DNA of 64,000 nucleotides from Candidatus Bathyarchaeota archaeon (GCA_963775465.1 CAVZIW010000011.1:15913-79912); one strand, 5' to 3'. Shown: positions 1-10,387, counted from the first letter of the stretch. Program-made: numbers and translations. Notes: generated by a model not told the origin, from the letters alone.

Positions 1-451
1 TGTGACCGGTGAGAGTGTTGGAGTAGGTGTTGGCAAGGAAGAATCAACAAAGAAGGAACCATCGCTTTGACAACGAGTGTAAGTGTTACCGGCGAAAGTT
101 TCGCCTGGGTAAGTAAAATTACATAAATAAGTACCCCTGATATCAGGGATCCAAGAAAAATAAAATGTCCCCGTTCCTGGTTGAGTGTTATTCACTCCTA
201 TGAGCCTATAGTTACCATTAATGTCTATAACATTAAACTGGATTCCGTGGTAAGAATATCCAGAGGGCGGTGCAGGCGAAATGTTTGCTATTATTGTAAT
301 CTTTTGACCAAAAGCTGCCGTTTTAGGTGTAATTGAGACCCCTGAAAAAGACGTGTTCACTGTTGAAGCTTGAACCGTTGAGATAAAAACCCCAAAAAAA
401 AAGACTAAAAATTAATAATGCCCCGAAAATAAAAACAGTTCCATTCTTCAA
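1..451 (-). pseudogene. Secreted/surface protein (signal peptide, Ig-like beta region, Pro/Thr linker), frameshifted at a 9-nt homopolymer; runs off the window edge
   Basis: TTG at 451 with GGGAG SD reads MKNGTVFIFGALLIFSL. The downstream frame (GVFISTVQASTVNTSFSGVSITPKT...WIPDIRGTYLCNFTYPGETF...PTPTPTLSPVT) is one base out, and the shift falls in the A9 run at 394-402. Confidence 0.6.
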
Positions 452-512
452 GCTGTTAGATCTCCCTAATTTTTACCCTCATAAAACTAAGTCTTCTTAC
501 TTCTTTTTTCAA

Positions 513-531
513 GATAAGTGATGCACTTATC
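513..531. promoter_or_regulatory. Inverted repeat, probable operator of the gene at 1..451
   Basis: GATAAGTG-ATG-CACTTATC perfect 8-bp IR, overlapping a BRE/TATA-like AAAAGGTTTGATAA on the minus strand. Confidence 0.45.
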
Positions 532-686
532 AAACCTTTTACGACCCTACTCAATTACCGAGTATTTGGTTAATAATATTTATTAGTTATTTTAGTCACG
601 GGAATGTCGACTAAATTTTCGGCTAAATAGTTTTCAATAAACAATTTTTTTATCAAAACTCCCCGTAAGCATTTTCAAAGAGATTG

Positions 687-762
687 TGGTAGCCCGTGAG
701 AGATTCGAACTCTCGTCGTCGGGTCCAAAGCCCGATATGCTTGACCACTACACCAACGGGCT
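687..762 (-). tRNA. tRNA-Gln (TTG), CCA encoded
   Basis: AGCCCGT/ACGGGCT acceptor stem, anticodon loop CTTTGGA, GTTCGAATC T loop, ends ACCA. Confidence 0.96.
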
Positions 763-1132
763 GCATGAACAGTTTAAAAACTGCCCTTATTTATGGTTAG
801 AGGTTTATGGGTGTTTATTTTGTTAATAAGCGTTCCTGAAAAGTTTGGGATAAAAACGTTTGTTTGGGGAATCTTGAAGAGATGATGCGTTTTAGGAATA
901 TGGTTAATTGGAGGCTGATTGGCGCGCACTTTTACACTTTTTTACATTTTTCCCATGCAACTGTGAGCGGGGTTTTGAGCGTTTCGAAATGGTTATGTGC
1001 AACAGGTTTAATAAACCAAAAATCTTAAATACTAGAATTGTTCATCAGCTTAGTTTGCGCGGACCGAATGTACTATTTTCTGGCCACACTGGCTTATGGT
1101 GACGGCTCTACGCATACTAAGAGGTAGAATAG

Positions 1133-2080
1133 ATGAGCATAAAAAAAGAAACTCCCCAAAGAACGTCCCAACGCACGGCAGATAAGTGCCCTGAATGCGG
1201 TGGCGTAAACTTAGTTCACGATTACGATACCGGCGAAACCGTATGTGGTGACTGCGGACTGGTTCTATATGAACAAATGATGGATAAAGGACCAGAATGG
1301 CGCGCATTCACACAAGAAGAAAAAGCCTCCAGAAGTCGTGTCGGTGTTCCAACATCTTACTCAGTTCACGATAAAGGTTTGTCAACAGCCATCAGCCAAG
1401 TTGACCGAGATGCCTTCGGAAGAAAACTACCGCTTTCAACCAGACTTCAGATGTGGAGACTAAGAAAATGGCAAATCCGAAGCCGAGTCCACTCATCCAT
1501 CGATCGAAATCTCGCACAAGCCATGGCTGAACTTGACCGATTATCAGACAAAGTATACATTCCACCACCAATCAAAGAAAAAGCCGCAGTTATATATCGA
1601 AAATCCCTCGACAAAGGCTTAGTTCGAGGACGCTCAATTGCAGCAATAGCCGCCGCAGCATTATATGCTGCTTGTCGAGGAAGTGGAACCCCAAGGACTC
1701 TGCGTGAAATTGCTGAAGCTAGCCTAGTTGACAAAAAAGATGTTGCCAGATGTTACAGGCTTCTATTGCGAGAATTGGAAGTTCACATGCCGATAGCTGA
1801 CCCATTAACTTACGTTTCAAAGATTGCAGAAAAGACAGGCATTTCAGGCAAGACACAAGGTGCTGCTATAGCAATTCTTCGAGAAGCCAGACGCAAACGT
1901 GCTGCTGCAGGAAAAGACCCTATGGGTCTAGCTGCTGCCGCCCTCTATATTGCTTGTTTGCAGAATAACGAGAAGAAAACTCAGAAAGATATCGCTGAAG
2001 CTGCAGGTGTAACCGAAGTTACGGTTCGTAACCGCTACAAGACACTCAAAAAGCAGTTAAATCTCGAGTTGCCTGATTAG
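1133..2080 (+). CDS. tfb: Transcription initiation factor IIB
   Basis: CPECG...CGDCG Zn ribbon, GPEWRAF B-reader, two cyclin repeats, VTEVTVRNRYK. Confidence 0.98.
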   Translation: MSIKKETPQRTSQRTADKCPECGGVNLVHDYDTGETVCGDCGLVLYEQMMDKGPEWRAFTQEEKASRSRVGVPTSYSVHDKGLSTAISQVDRDAFGRKLPLSTRLQMWRLRKWQIRSRVHSSIDRNLAQAMAELDRLSDKVYIPPPIKEKAAVIYRKSLDKGLVRGRSIAAIAAAALYAACRGSGTPRTLREIAEASLVDKKDVARCYRLLLRELEVHMPIADPLTYVSKIAEKTGISGKTQGAAIAILREARRKRAAAGKDPMGLAAAALYIACLQNNEKKTQKDIAEAAGVTEVTVRNRYKTLKKQLNLELPD

Positions 2081-2119
2081 GGCAATTTCTTTCTTTTTTA
2101 TTTGTTTAAAAGAATAAAT

Positions 2120-2344
2120 TTAAGGCTCTTCTTCTGCGGATTGCTGTTTTTCTTCTTCAAGTTCCATCACTAAAATGCCGGTGTAACCGCATTTTTCGCA
2201 ATAATATTGTCTTGGAGTTAGCCAAATATCTAAGCTGCTATTGAGTTGTATCTCTGGACTGCAGCATCGAGGACAAAAAATCTTTGTTACTTTTCGATGT
2301 TTTGTGTTTTTAAGGATTTCACGAAGACTATCTAACTTTTTCAT
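2120..2344 (-). CDS. Small Zn-ribbon protein
   Basis: CPRC...YYCEKCGY with acidic tail; directly downstream of aIF1. Confidence 0.75.
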   Translation of the reverse strand: MKKLDSLREILKNTKHRKVTKIFCPRCCSPEIQLNSSLDIWLTPRQYYCEKCGYTGILVMELEEEKQQSAEEEP

Positions 2345-2385
2345 TACTAAGATTGCACCGGATGTTTGGTTAATGGACTTTGAGC

Positions 2386-2697
2386 TTATTGGAGTTCGAT
2401 GTTTTCTTGTGGATAACCAATTTTTATTAGAAAATCTTTAACACGATCACGATGGTCGCCTTGAAGCATGATTTGTCCGTTTTTACTGGTTCCGCCACAT
2501 GCACAATAGGTTTTGAGTTTTTGGGCGACATTATGTAGATTAGAAGAATTCTTGTCGTCCATACCATCAATAATTGTGGTTGCTTTCCCATATTTTCGGG
2601 TTTCAAGGCGAACGCGAATACGTTGTTGTTCTTTTTCTATTTCTCCACAAACGCATAGGTCCTTTGGTAGTCCGCATGTTGAACAAACTTCAGCCAT
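2386..2697 (-). CDS. sui1: Translation initiation factor aIF1 (SUI1)
   Basis: MAEVCSTCGLPKDLCVC, RKYGK, LKTYCACGGT, LQGDHR; ATG at 2697 chosen as start. Confidence 0.96.
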   Translation of the reverse strand: MAEVCSTCGLPKDLCVCGEIEKEQQRIRVRLETRKYGKATTIIDGMDDKNSSNLHNVAQKLKTYCACGGTSKNGQIMLQGDHRDRVKDFLIKIGYPQENIELQ

Positions 2698-2955
2698 GAC
2701 ACTCAACAGAGAATTAGCATCTGGTGTATATAAGAGTTTCAAACCGTCAAAGAGAATTTTTTTGGGAGTGTAACCACCTTATTTCAGAGCTATTATCTAC
2801 CCAAACTCCATCAAACTGTAACAAATAATATGTCAATCTACCAATTTTTCGTTTTGGCAACCATTTTAAGTTGCTTCAGCTCGGAAAAACTATTGGTAAA
2901 TTTCAAATTTTCTTCAGAAAGCATTAAATTCTTTTAGCGGTATTATTGGTAAAAG

Positions 2956-2976
2956 AATTGCTTACATTAAGCAATT
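2956..2976. promoter_or_regulatory. Inverted repeat just 5' of the hydrogenase operon SD
   Basis: AATTGCTTA-CAT-TAAGCAATT, followed by GGGAG SD. Confidence 0.5.
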
Positions 2977-2990
2977 AGGGAGCTGGATGT

Positions 2991-4907
2991 ATGCGTATTA
3001 TAACAAAAGAGAACTTTACGGATTTTATCAATGCGCTTATAGACGATGATTCACTAAACGTGATAGGCGTAAAATCCAAAGGCGAGAAATTTGCCTTTGA
3101 CCCTTTGAACTCAGCAGATGAACTCAGGTTAGATTATGACGTTACCCTTCTGCCGCCAAAAAAATATTTCTTTCCCCAGAGGGAGACGTTGGTTACTTAC
3201 AACATCGGCAAGAGTTTCTCTGCTAGAGAGTCCCCCGACCCAAATCAAACAGTAATTGTAGGAGTACACCCCTACGACATAGTAGCGCTTCTCCACATGG
3301 ACGAAATCTTCAGCGAAACTAAATCTGACCCATACTATTTTGAAAAACGAAAATCATCAGTTATCATCGGCGTTAATATGCAAAGTATGTCAAAATGGTG
3401 CTTTGCACCCTACATGGGCGCAGACACAATCGAATACGGATATGACCTTATGCTAACAGACTTGGGAAACCGCTATGCAATCGCCATCGGCTCACAAAAG
3501 GGAGAACAGCTCTTAGACAAATACGCAAAAGGATTAACCAACGCACTTGCACGAGACATCCAGATGGTTGGTCAGAAAAAACGTGAAGTCGCAGCAATGT
3601 GCAAACAAAAACTTGATTTCGCGCCCGAATTAATCCCTGAAATGTTAAATAATTTTTATGGAGAGAGTGCATTCTGGGAAAAGCACTCAGAAAAATGCTT
3701 AGCATGCGGCTCTTGCGTTCTTGTGTGCCCAACCTGTTATTGTTTTGACGTTAAAGACAACCCAGACCTTACTTTGCAGCAAGGAGAAAGAGTTCGAACT
3801 TGGGATGGTTGCTTGCTGGAAGACTTTGCAAAAATTGCTTCAGGAGAAAACTTCCGCGCAACCCGACCAACAAGGTATAGGCACAGATACTTCAAAAAAG
3901 GCAAGTATCTCTTTGACCGATTCGGTTTTATATCATGCGTGGGTTGCGGCAGATGCGGTTCAAATTGTCTTCCTGACATCGCAAACCCAGTTAGCCTTTT
4001 CAACGACATGTACCGTGAAACTCAACAAAGCGGTTTAGAAATAACCGCGCCAACAGCCCCGGACATAAAAATACAAACAGGAACCGACATAGACTATGTC
4101 CCCCGACTAGCAACCGTCATTAAGAAACATCCTATGACCTCAATGGAAACACTTTTTGAAATAAAGCTTGACGACGATTCAGAACTCGGTCACAACCCTG
4201 GACAATTCGTTGAAGTCTCAGTGTTCGGAGTCGGGGAAGCGCCCATCTCAATTTCATCGCCTCCCACAAAGAAAGGTTCCTTCGAACTTTGTGTAAGAAG
4301 ACTAGGAAACGTAACAACCAAAATGCATGCCCTAAAAGAGGGTGATAAAGTAGGCATAAGAGGACCATTTGGCCATGGATTTGACACCGAACAACTGAAA
4401 GGAAAAGACCTACTGTTTGTAGCAGGCGGGCTAGGATTGGCGCCTTTGCGATCACTATTCAACTATGTCCTAGATAATCGAAAGGATTACGGAAAAGTAA
4501 CACTCTTATACGGCTGTAAAGAACCAAGAGAACTGCTATTTTCTGATGAGCTCGTAGAGTTAAGCCGGCGCGACGATGTGGAATTCAAGCCCACAGTCGA
4601 CAGGTGCCCTGAATCAGAAATCTGGTCAGCCAATGTAGGTGTTATCACAACGTTGATTCCTCAAATTGAATTCAATCCAGAAAGTGTCTATGCAATAATC
4701 TGTGGTCCCCCAATAATGTACAAGTTCGTAATAGCAGACCTAAAGAAACGAAGTGTACCCGACGATCACATAATAATGTCCTTGGAACGCAGAATGAAAT
4801 GCGGAGTCGGAAAATGCGGTCACTGCCAGATAAATCATATCTACGTTTGCAAAGACGGACCCGTCTTTAACTATGCCAAAATAAAAGGCGTCCCGGAGGC
4901 CCTATAA
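2991..4907 (+). CDS. hydBG: Group 3b [NiFe]-hydrogenase (sulfhydrogenase) beta-gamma fusion: AsrA-like Fe-S domain plus FAD/NAD(P)-binding domain
   Basis: CLACGSCVLVCPTCYC, WDGC and CVGCGRC, then PGQF, RGPFG, VAGGLGLAPLRS, CGPPIM and MKCGVGKCGHC...CKDGPVF. Confidence 0.92.
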   Translation: MRIITKENFTDFINALIDDDSLNVIGVKSKGEKFAFDPLNSADELRLDYDVTLLPPKKYFFPQRETLVTYNIGKSFSARESPDPNQTVIVGVHPYDIVALLHMDEIFSETKSDPYYFEKRKSSVIIGVNMQSMSKWCFAPYMGADTIEYGYDLMLTDLGNRYAIAIGSQKGEQLLDKYAKGLTNALARDIQMVGQKKREVAAMCKQKLDFAPELIPEMLNNFYGESAFWEKHSEKCLACGSCVLVCPTCYCFDVKDNPDLTLQQGERVRTWDGCLLEDFAKIASGENFRATRPTRYRHRYFKKGKYLFDRFGFISCVGCGRCGSNCLPDIANPVSLFNDMYRETQQSGLEITAPTAPDIKIQTGTDIDYVPRLATVIKKHPMTSMETLFEIKLDDDSELGHNPGQFVEVSVFGVGEAPISISSPPTKKGSFELCVRRLGNVTTKMHALKEGDKVGIRGPFGHGFDTEQLKGKDLLFVAGGLGLAPLRSLFNYVLDNRKDYGKVTLLYGCKEPRELLFSDELVELSRRDDVEFKPTVDRCPESEIWSANVGVITTLIPQIEFNPESVYAIICGPPIMYKFVIADLKKRSVPDDHIIMSLERRMKCGVGKCGHCQINHIYVCKDGPVFNYAKIKGVPEAL

Positions 4908-4908
4908 A

Positions 4909-5646
4909 ATGAAACCAAAAGTTGCATTCTTTGATTTTGCTGGTTGCGAAGGCGACCAGCTCCAAATTGCGAATTTAGAAGAAGATATACTGACTTTGCT
5001 AGGTCAAGTGGAAGTAGTCAGCTTCCGCGAAGTCATGAAAGAACACAGCGACAACTACGACATAGCCTTTATCGAAGGCTCATGCACAAGACTACAAGAT
5101 GAAGATAGACTAAAACAGATCAGAAAGAACGCCAAAATCGTCGTTGCAATAGGGTCCTGCGCTACAATCGGAGGCATAAATTCTCTTAGAAACTATAAAG
5201 AAATCGATGATGTCAAGAAAGCTGTCTATGGAGAAAACGCAAGACTCTTTGACACATATACTGCAAGACCTATTGACGCAGTTATACCAGTCGACGCTTA
5301 TGTGCACGGTTGCCCCATGACAAAGGAAGAATTCCTAAGTGTGGTCAAATCATTGTTAATGGGCAAAAAACCAGAAATACCAAATTACCCCGTTTGCGTT
5401 GAATGCAAGAAAAACGAAAACGTCTGCGCATTTGAAAGAGGACAATACTGTGTAGGAACCGTCACCAGAGCAGGCTGCAACTCATGCTGCGTCAACGAAG
5501 GAACAATTTGCTGGGGTTGCCGTGGATTGATTGATAATCCTAATGAAAACTCGGAAAAAGAAGTCTTAATGAAATATGGTTTAAGCGTTGATGATGCAAT
5601 CAACAAGTTTAAGCTATACTTCGGTTGGCAGGAGAGAAGAAAATGA
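4909..5646 (+). CDS. hydD: [NiFe]-hydrogenase small (delta) subunit
   Basis: GCEGD, IEGS, IGSCATIGG, HGCP, PVCVEC, TRAGC, CWGCRG. Confidence 0.93.
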   Translation: MKPKVAFFDFAGCEGDQLQIANLEEDILTLLGQVEVVSFREVMKEHSDNYDIAFIEGSCTRLQDEDRLKQIRKNAKIVVAIGSCATIGGINSLRNYKEIDDVKKAVYGENARLFDTYTARPIDAVIPVDAYVHGCPMTKEEFLSVVKSLLMGKKPEIPNYPVCVECKKNENVCAFERGQYCVGTVTRAGCNSCCVNEGTICWGCRGLIDNPNENSEKEVLMKYGLSVDDAINKFKLYFGWQERRK

Positions 5647-6953
5647 AAAACCAAAACTTAGACATAAATGTACACTACGTCACTCGCGTTGAGGGACATG
5701 GAAACATATTTGTAAACGTAAAAGAAGGCAAGATTGAAAAGTGCGAGTGGGCAATTCCAGAAGCCCCAAGGTTCTTTGAAGCAATGGTAGTCGGACGAAA
5801 CTTCAAAGAATTACATCATGTAACTTCAAGAATCTGCGGAATCTGCTCAATAGGTCACACCCTTGCTTCGCTAAAAGCCACAGAAGCAGCGCTGGGAGTT
5901 AAAATCAGTGAACAAGACCTTAAACTTCGAAAACTAGCACTCCACGGAGAAAACATGCAAAGTCACATTCTACACTTAGGCTTCCTAGTTCTTCCCGATT
6001 TGCTCGGAGTCGGCTCCGTTATTCCACTAGCCTCGTCTAATCCAGCTGAGGTAAAAACAGTTTTACGCCTACACCGCCTAGCTAACGAAATGTCAAATCT
6101 GATCTGCGGAAGAACAACTCATCCCCAAAGACTAATTCCAGGCGGATTCTCCAAAATTCCATCAATGAAAGAATTAAAGACGCTAAGGAAAAGACTCAAA
6201 GACTCAATCCCAGACCTACAAGCAGTAGCAGGATTAATCAAGACTTTAGCACCCAAACTGCCAGACTTCACCAGAGAAACCGAATTTATTGGCTTAACTA
6301 ACCCTGACGAATACGCCCTATATGACGGGATACTCGGATCCACCGACACAGGTACCGCCCCCGTAAACGACTACCTAACCTACACAAACGAATACATAGT
6401 TCCCATATCAACAGCGAAACGAGCAAAACACGCCCGTGACTCCTTCATGGTAGGCGCCCTTGCCCGATTTAACCTAAACTACGACAAACTCTCTCCATTA
6501 GCAAAGAAAACAGCAGAAACCTTCAACCTCAAACCTGTATGCCATAACCCCTTCATGAATAACATTGCACAACTCGTAGAAGTCGTCCACAGCGTAGAAG
6601 ACTCTATAAAACTAATCAACGAGCTGGAAGCATCAGGCCTGAAGAGCCAATCGATATACAACAACCCAGACATTAAACCAAAAGCCGGACGCGGAGTAGG
6701 AGCAGTTGAAGTCCCAAGAGGCATCCTATACCACGACTACACATACAACGACAAGGGCACGTGTACAAAAGCAAACTGTGTTATACCAACAAACCAGAAC
6801 CATGCAAACATAGAGTTAGACATGAAAGCGCTGCTTCCTCAAATTCTAGACAAGACAGAAAAAGAAATCGAACTCAACCTAGAAATGCTCGTTAGAGCCT
6901 ACGACCCATGCATATCCTGCTCGACACACTACGTTAAAGTTCACTTTACCTAA
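5643..6953 (+). CDS. hydA: [NiFe]-hydrogenase group 3b large (alpha) subunit
   Basis: TRVEGHG, L1 RICGIC, EVPRG, L2 RAYDPCISCSTH with a short C-terminal extension; ATGA overlap with hydD. Confidence 0.96.
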   Translation: MKNQNLDINVHYVTRVEGHGNIFVNVKEGKIEKCEWAIPEAPRFFEAMVVGRNFKELHHVTSRICGICSIGHTLASLKATEAALGVKISEQDLKLRKLALHGENMQSHILHLGFLVLPDLLGVGSVIPLASSNPAEVKTVLRLHRLANEMSNLICGRTTHPQRLIPGGFSKIPSMKELKTLRKRLKDSIPDLQAVAGLIKTLAPKLPDFTRETEFIGLTNPDEYALYDGILGSTDTGTAPVNDYLTYTNEYIVPISTAKRAKHARDSFMVGALARFNLNYDKLSPLAKKTAETFNLKPVCHNPFMNNIAQLVEVVHSVEDSIKLINELEASGLKSQSIYNNPDIKPKAGRGVGAVEVPRGILYHDYTYNDKGTCTKANCVIPTNQNHANIELDMKALLPQILDKTEKEIELNLEMLVRAYDPCISCSTHYVKVHFT

Positions 6954-6984
6954 TACTTTCTTTTCTTTTTGCAAAAAATAAAAA

Positions 6985-9801
6985 TTATGTGGATGCAGCT
7001 TTAGGCTGACTATCGGAATCTGCTTTGTTTTCCTTAGAAACTGACTTAGACTGAGCTTTTTGAACCTCTGCGGTGGTTGGAATAGCTATCAAGCAGCGTT
7101 TATCTATATCTTCATCCTTCAAGTTTAAGTCAGCTCTAATTGTCCCGTCCTTTAGATACTCTATTTGGAAACCCATCTTCTTTGTTAAGCTTAACGCCCT
7201 GTAGTTATCGGGGAGCATTATTGCATACACGCTTTCAATTCCCTTGTCCTTGGCTAAATCCAGCACGTAATCAACCATCTTTGTACCCAATCCGTAGCCT
7301 TGCCATGAATCGCTCACGATAAAAGAGATTTCGCCGTTTTTCCCGTCAGATTCAAAGCTTAAACGACCTACGCCAAGAAGTCTCTTCTTTCCATTTTCTT
7401 CAGTTTCTGCAACTATTGCTATTTCACGGTCGTAATCGATGTTACAGTAGCGGACACGGACTTCATGAGGAGTATCTTTGAGCATTTGAAAAAAGCGATA
7501 CCGAATCGATTCGTCAGATAGACTTTGGAACATTTCCAGCCACATAGGTTCGTCTTCTGGCTTTATTGGACGCAAGAGAACTTCATGACCGTTCTTTAGC
7601 GACCAGAGTAACTCATCTACCTTAGGATACGGACTGATAACCATGTGTTCATGCGGCTCAAATTTACGACAGACATTATGCTTGTCGATAACGATTCGCG
7701 CATCTAGTATACAAGCTTCTTTTTCGTTAATTAATAGAGGATTTATGTCTATTTCTTTAATTTGAGGAAAATCAACCAGCAATTGAGAAAACAGAAGTAT
7801 GGTTTCCTCAAGTTTCTTAAGATTTACAGGTGCTGCATTGCGGTAACCTTTGAGCAGTTTGTAAACTTTAGTTTCCTCCATCATACGGCGAATAAGAGTA
7901 GTGTTCAGTGGAGGAAGAGCAATAGAGGTATCCCTAAAAAGTTCAACACCCACACCACCCATACCGAAAAGGATTACTGGACCAAAAACTGGGTCAGTCT
8001 TACCACCAATAATTAGTTCATGACCAACCTTTTCAAGCATCTGCTGAACAGTAACCCCGATTATTTGAGCTTTCGGATTGTAGGCAGTAGCTCGCTTAAT
8101 CAAAAGTTCAAAGCCATCCCTAACTTCACTTGGCGATTTGACGTTAAGAATTACACCGCCAGCATCACTCTTATGGATAATCTGAGGGGAGAGAATTTTT
8201 AAGACAACTGGAAAACCCATTTCCTGCGCAAACAGAACTGCCTCATCTATGTTGTTAGCTACTGCCGTGCGAACGACTGGAAAATTATAGTAACTGAGTA
8301 TTCTTTTTGCCTCATCTTCAGTTAGAACTTCACGCCCTTCAAATGCCGCGTTTCGAATCAGGACCATTATTGGGCGTTTAGGAGGCGATTCATCAACAGG
8401 AAGCTCTTCAGGTGTTTCGTAGAGCAAATCGATGTTTCGTTGATAGTTGTACATATACATGTAAGTCTTGATTGCCTGTTCCGGAGTCGAATAAGTGGGT
8501 ATATTGTTTGCGTTCAATATTTTGTTGGCTTCTTCAACGGCTCCAAAACCCATAAGTGAAGTCAAAATTGTCTTATTCTGGTAAGTCTTACTCCTAACAA
8601 GCTCGACTATGCTCTTTGCGATTTCGACAGATTCAGAAACAGCTTGCTGAGTAAACACAATCATTATACCGTCTATGTTTTCGTCGTTAAGACAAGCCTC
8701 AACTGCCGCTCTGTAACGGTCAGATTTGGCATCTCCTAAAACATCTATTGGATTGCCATGACTCCAAAAAGGAGGAAGAACCGCATCAAGCGATTCAATA
8801 GTCTTTTGGCTTAACTTGGCAAGTTTGCCACCCTGAGCAATTAAGGCATCCGTTGTCATCACACCAGGGCCGCCGGCATTAGTTATTATAGCCAATCGGG
8901 GACCTTTCGGCAAAGGCTGTGTCCCTAACACCTCAGCGCAATTGAATAAGTCCTCGATCTCGCTCACTCGAACGATACCCGCGCGTTTGAAGGCAGCGTC
9001 GTAAATCCCATCTTCACCTGAAAGCGACCCGGTATGGGAAGCAGCCGCCTTGGCGCTCTCGGAAAACTTGCCGGACTTAACAACAACGATGGGTTTAGTT
9101 CTCGCAAAATGCCGAGCAGCACTCATGAATTTGCGGGCTTCAGTTAATCCTTCAACGTACATCAAGATACTCTTGGTCTTAGGGTCGGAACCGAAGTAAT
9201 CAATCAAATCTCCAAAGTCAACATCTATCATGGATCCAACCGAAACAAAGTTGCTAAAACCGATGTTTTCATGTATAGCCCAGTCAAGAATGGCAGATCC
9301 CAAAGCCCCACTTTGCGAAATGAAAGCAATGTTGCCAGCTTTAGGCATCTTATCCAAAAAAGTTGCGTTAAGGTTATTTCTTGGTCTTATAAGTCCAATG
9401 CAATTTGGACCGACTATTCGAATCCCATATTTCTTGGCGATCTCTGCGCATTTCTCTTCCAATGCCTTACCTTCGGGGCCTGTCTCTTTAAAGCCGGCAG
9501 AAACAATTATTACACCTTTGACATTCGCCTTGCCACATTCTTCTATTACATCGGGAACAGTTTTAGCAGGAGTTGCAATGATCGCCAAATCGATTGCATG
9601 TGGAACTTTTTCAACTGAAGGATAAGTCTTTACGCCTAAAATCTCTGACTTACGTATGTTAATAAAATAGACTTTGCCTGAATAACCCATTTGAGTAAAA
9701 TTCTTAACTATGGCATATCCAACTGACCCTTCAGAATCACTAGCGCCTATAATTGCTACACTGTTGGGGTTAAAAATTTTGTCTAGATTTTTGGTAACCA
9801 T
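6985..9801 (-). CDS. ADP-forming acyl-CoA synthetase (alpha+beta) fused to a C-terminal GNAT acetyltransferase (Pat/Pka-like architecture)
   Basis: IIGAS, GPNCIG, SQSGALG, ASHTGS (phospho-His retained), NPIDVLGDA, ATP-grasp HKSDAGGV and DINPL, GNAT RFF...NIDYDRE...WQGYGLG. Confidence 0.92.
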   Translation of the reverse strand: MVTKNLDKIFNPNSVAIIGASDSEGSVGYAIVKNFTQMGYSGKVYFINIRKSEILGVKTYPSVEKVPHAIDLAIIATPAKTVPDVIEECGKANVKGVIIVSAGFKETGPEGKALEEKCAEIAKKYGIRIVGPNCIGLIRPRNNLNATFLDKMPKAGNIAFISQSGALGSAILDWAIHENIGFSNFVSVGSMIDVDFGDLIDYFGSDPKTKSILMYVEGLTEARKFMSAARHFARTKPIVVVKSGKFSESAKAAASHTGSLSGEDGIYDAAFKRAGIVRVSEIEDLFNCAEVLGTQPLPKGPRLAIITNAGGPGVMTTDALIAQGGKLAKLSQKTIESLDAVLPPFWSHGNPIDVLGDAKSDRYRAAVEACLNDENIDGIMIVFTQQAVSESVEIAKSIVELVRSKTYQNKTILTSLMGFGAVEEANKILNANNIPTYSTPEQAIKTYMYMYNYQRNIDLLYETPEELPVDESPPKRPIMVLIRNAAFEGREVLTEDEAKRILSYYNFPVVRTAVANNIDEAVLFAQEMGFPVVLKILSPQIIHKSDAGGVILNVKSPSEVRDGFELLIKRATAYNPKAQIIGVTVQQMLEKVGHELIIGGKTDPVFGPVILFGMGGVGVELFRDTSIALPPLNTTLIRRMMEETKVYKLLKGYRNAAPVNLKKLEETILLFSQLLVDFPQIKEIDINPLLINEKEACILDARIVIDKHNVCRKFEPHEHMVISPYPKVDELLWSLKNGHEVLLRPIKPEDEPMWLEMFQSLSDESIRYRFFQMLKDTPHEVRVRYCNIDYDREIAIVAETEENGKKRLLGVGRLSFESDGKNGEISFIVSDSWQGYGLGTKMVDYVLDLAKDKGIESVYAIMLPDNYRALSLTKKMGFQIEYLKDGTIRADLNLKDEDIDKRCLIAIPTTAEVQKAQSKSVSKENKADSDSQPKAAST

Positions 9802-9940
9802 CGGGAATCCTCTGGTTAAGGTTCGTGTAAGACGGACAGATTAAAAGCTTATTGCCTAAAAAACCTTAACCGTTGAATATAACAGGGTTGTAAAAAGAAA
9901 AGCCTCTCGAAATCAAGTGGCTACTGCGGATCAGAGAATC

Positions 9941-10387
9941 CTATTGGAAGTACTTCTTAATCTCACCGAGGGAAAGTATCCTGACACCGTTTTCATTTAG
10001 CATCAATTCAGCTTTCTCCACATTACTTGGCCTTAGAATAAGAGCTATCTTTCCCTCAACGTGAACCGCCGAAGAATAAGCATATTCAATGTTGATGCCA
10101 CAATCACCTAAAATCTTGGTTATCTTTGAGAGAGAATTCTGCTCTGAGATAAAAGTTGCAGTAACCTCAGTGTTCTTCTTTGATTTTGCAAGATTAAAAT
10201 CAGCTTCTTCCAAGGCAAATTGAGCTTTTTCCGGATCTTCAGTTATAAACCTAACTAATCCGAATTCGCCCTTATCAGCTATGGACAATGCAAACACCTT
10301 CAGCTTATTTTCATCAATTTTAGACACAACTTCAAAAAGTGAACCTGGATGATTATCAAGAAAGACACTAACCTGAGTTATCGGCAC
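9941..10387 (-). CDS. Tandem ACT-domain protein (commonly linked to paaK)
   Basis: QVSVFLDNHPGSL, ALSIADKGEFGLVR, INIEYAYS. Confidence 0.88.
   Translation of the reverse strand: MPITQVSVFLDNHPGSLFEVVSKIDENKLKVFALSIADKGEFGLVRFITEDPEKAQFALEEADFNLAKSKKNTEVTATFISEQNSLSKITKILGDCGINIEYAYSSAVHVEGKIALILRPSNVEKAELMLNENGVRILSLGEIKKYFQ

Noticed and set aside
908-1102. 64-aa ORF upstream of tfb
   Set aside because: No motifs, and it overlaps the likely TFB promoter (TTTAATAAA near 1007)
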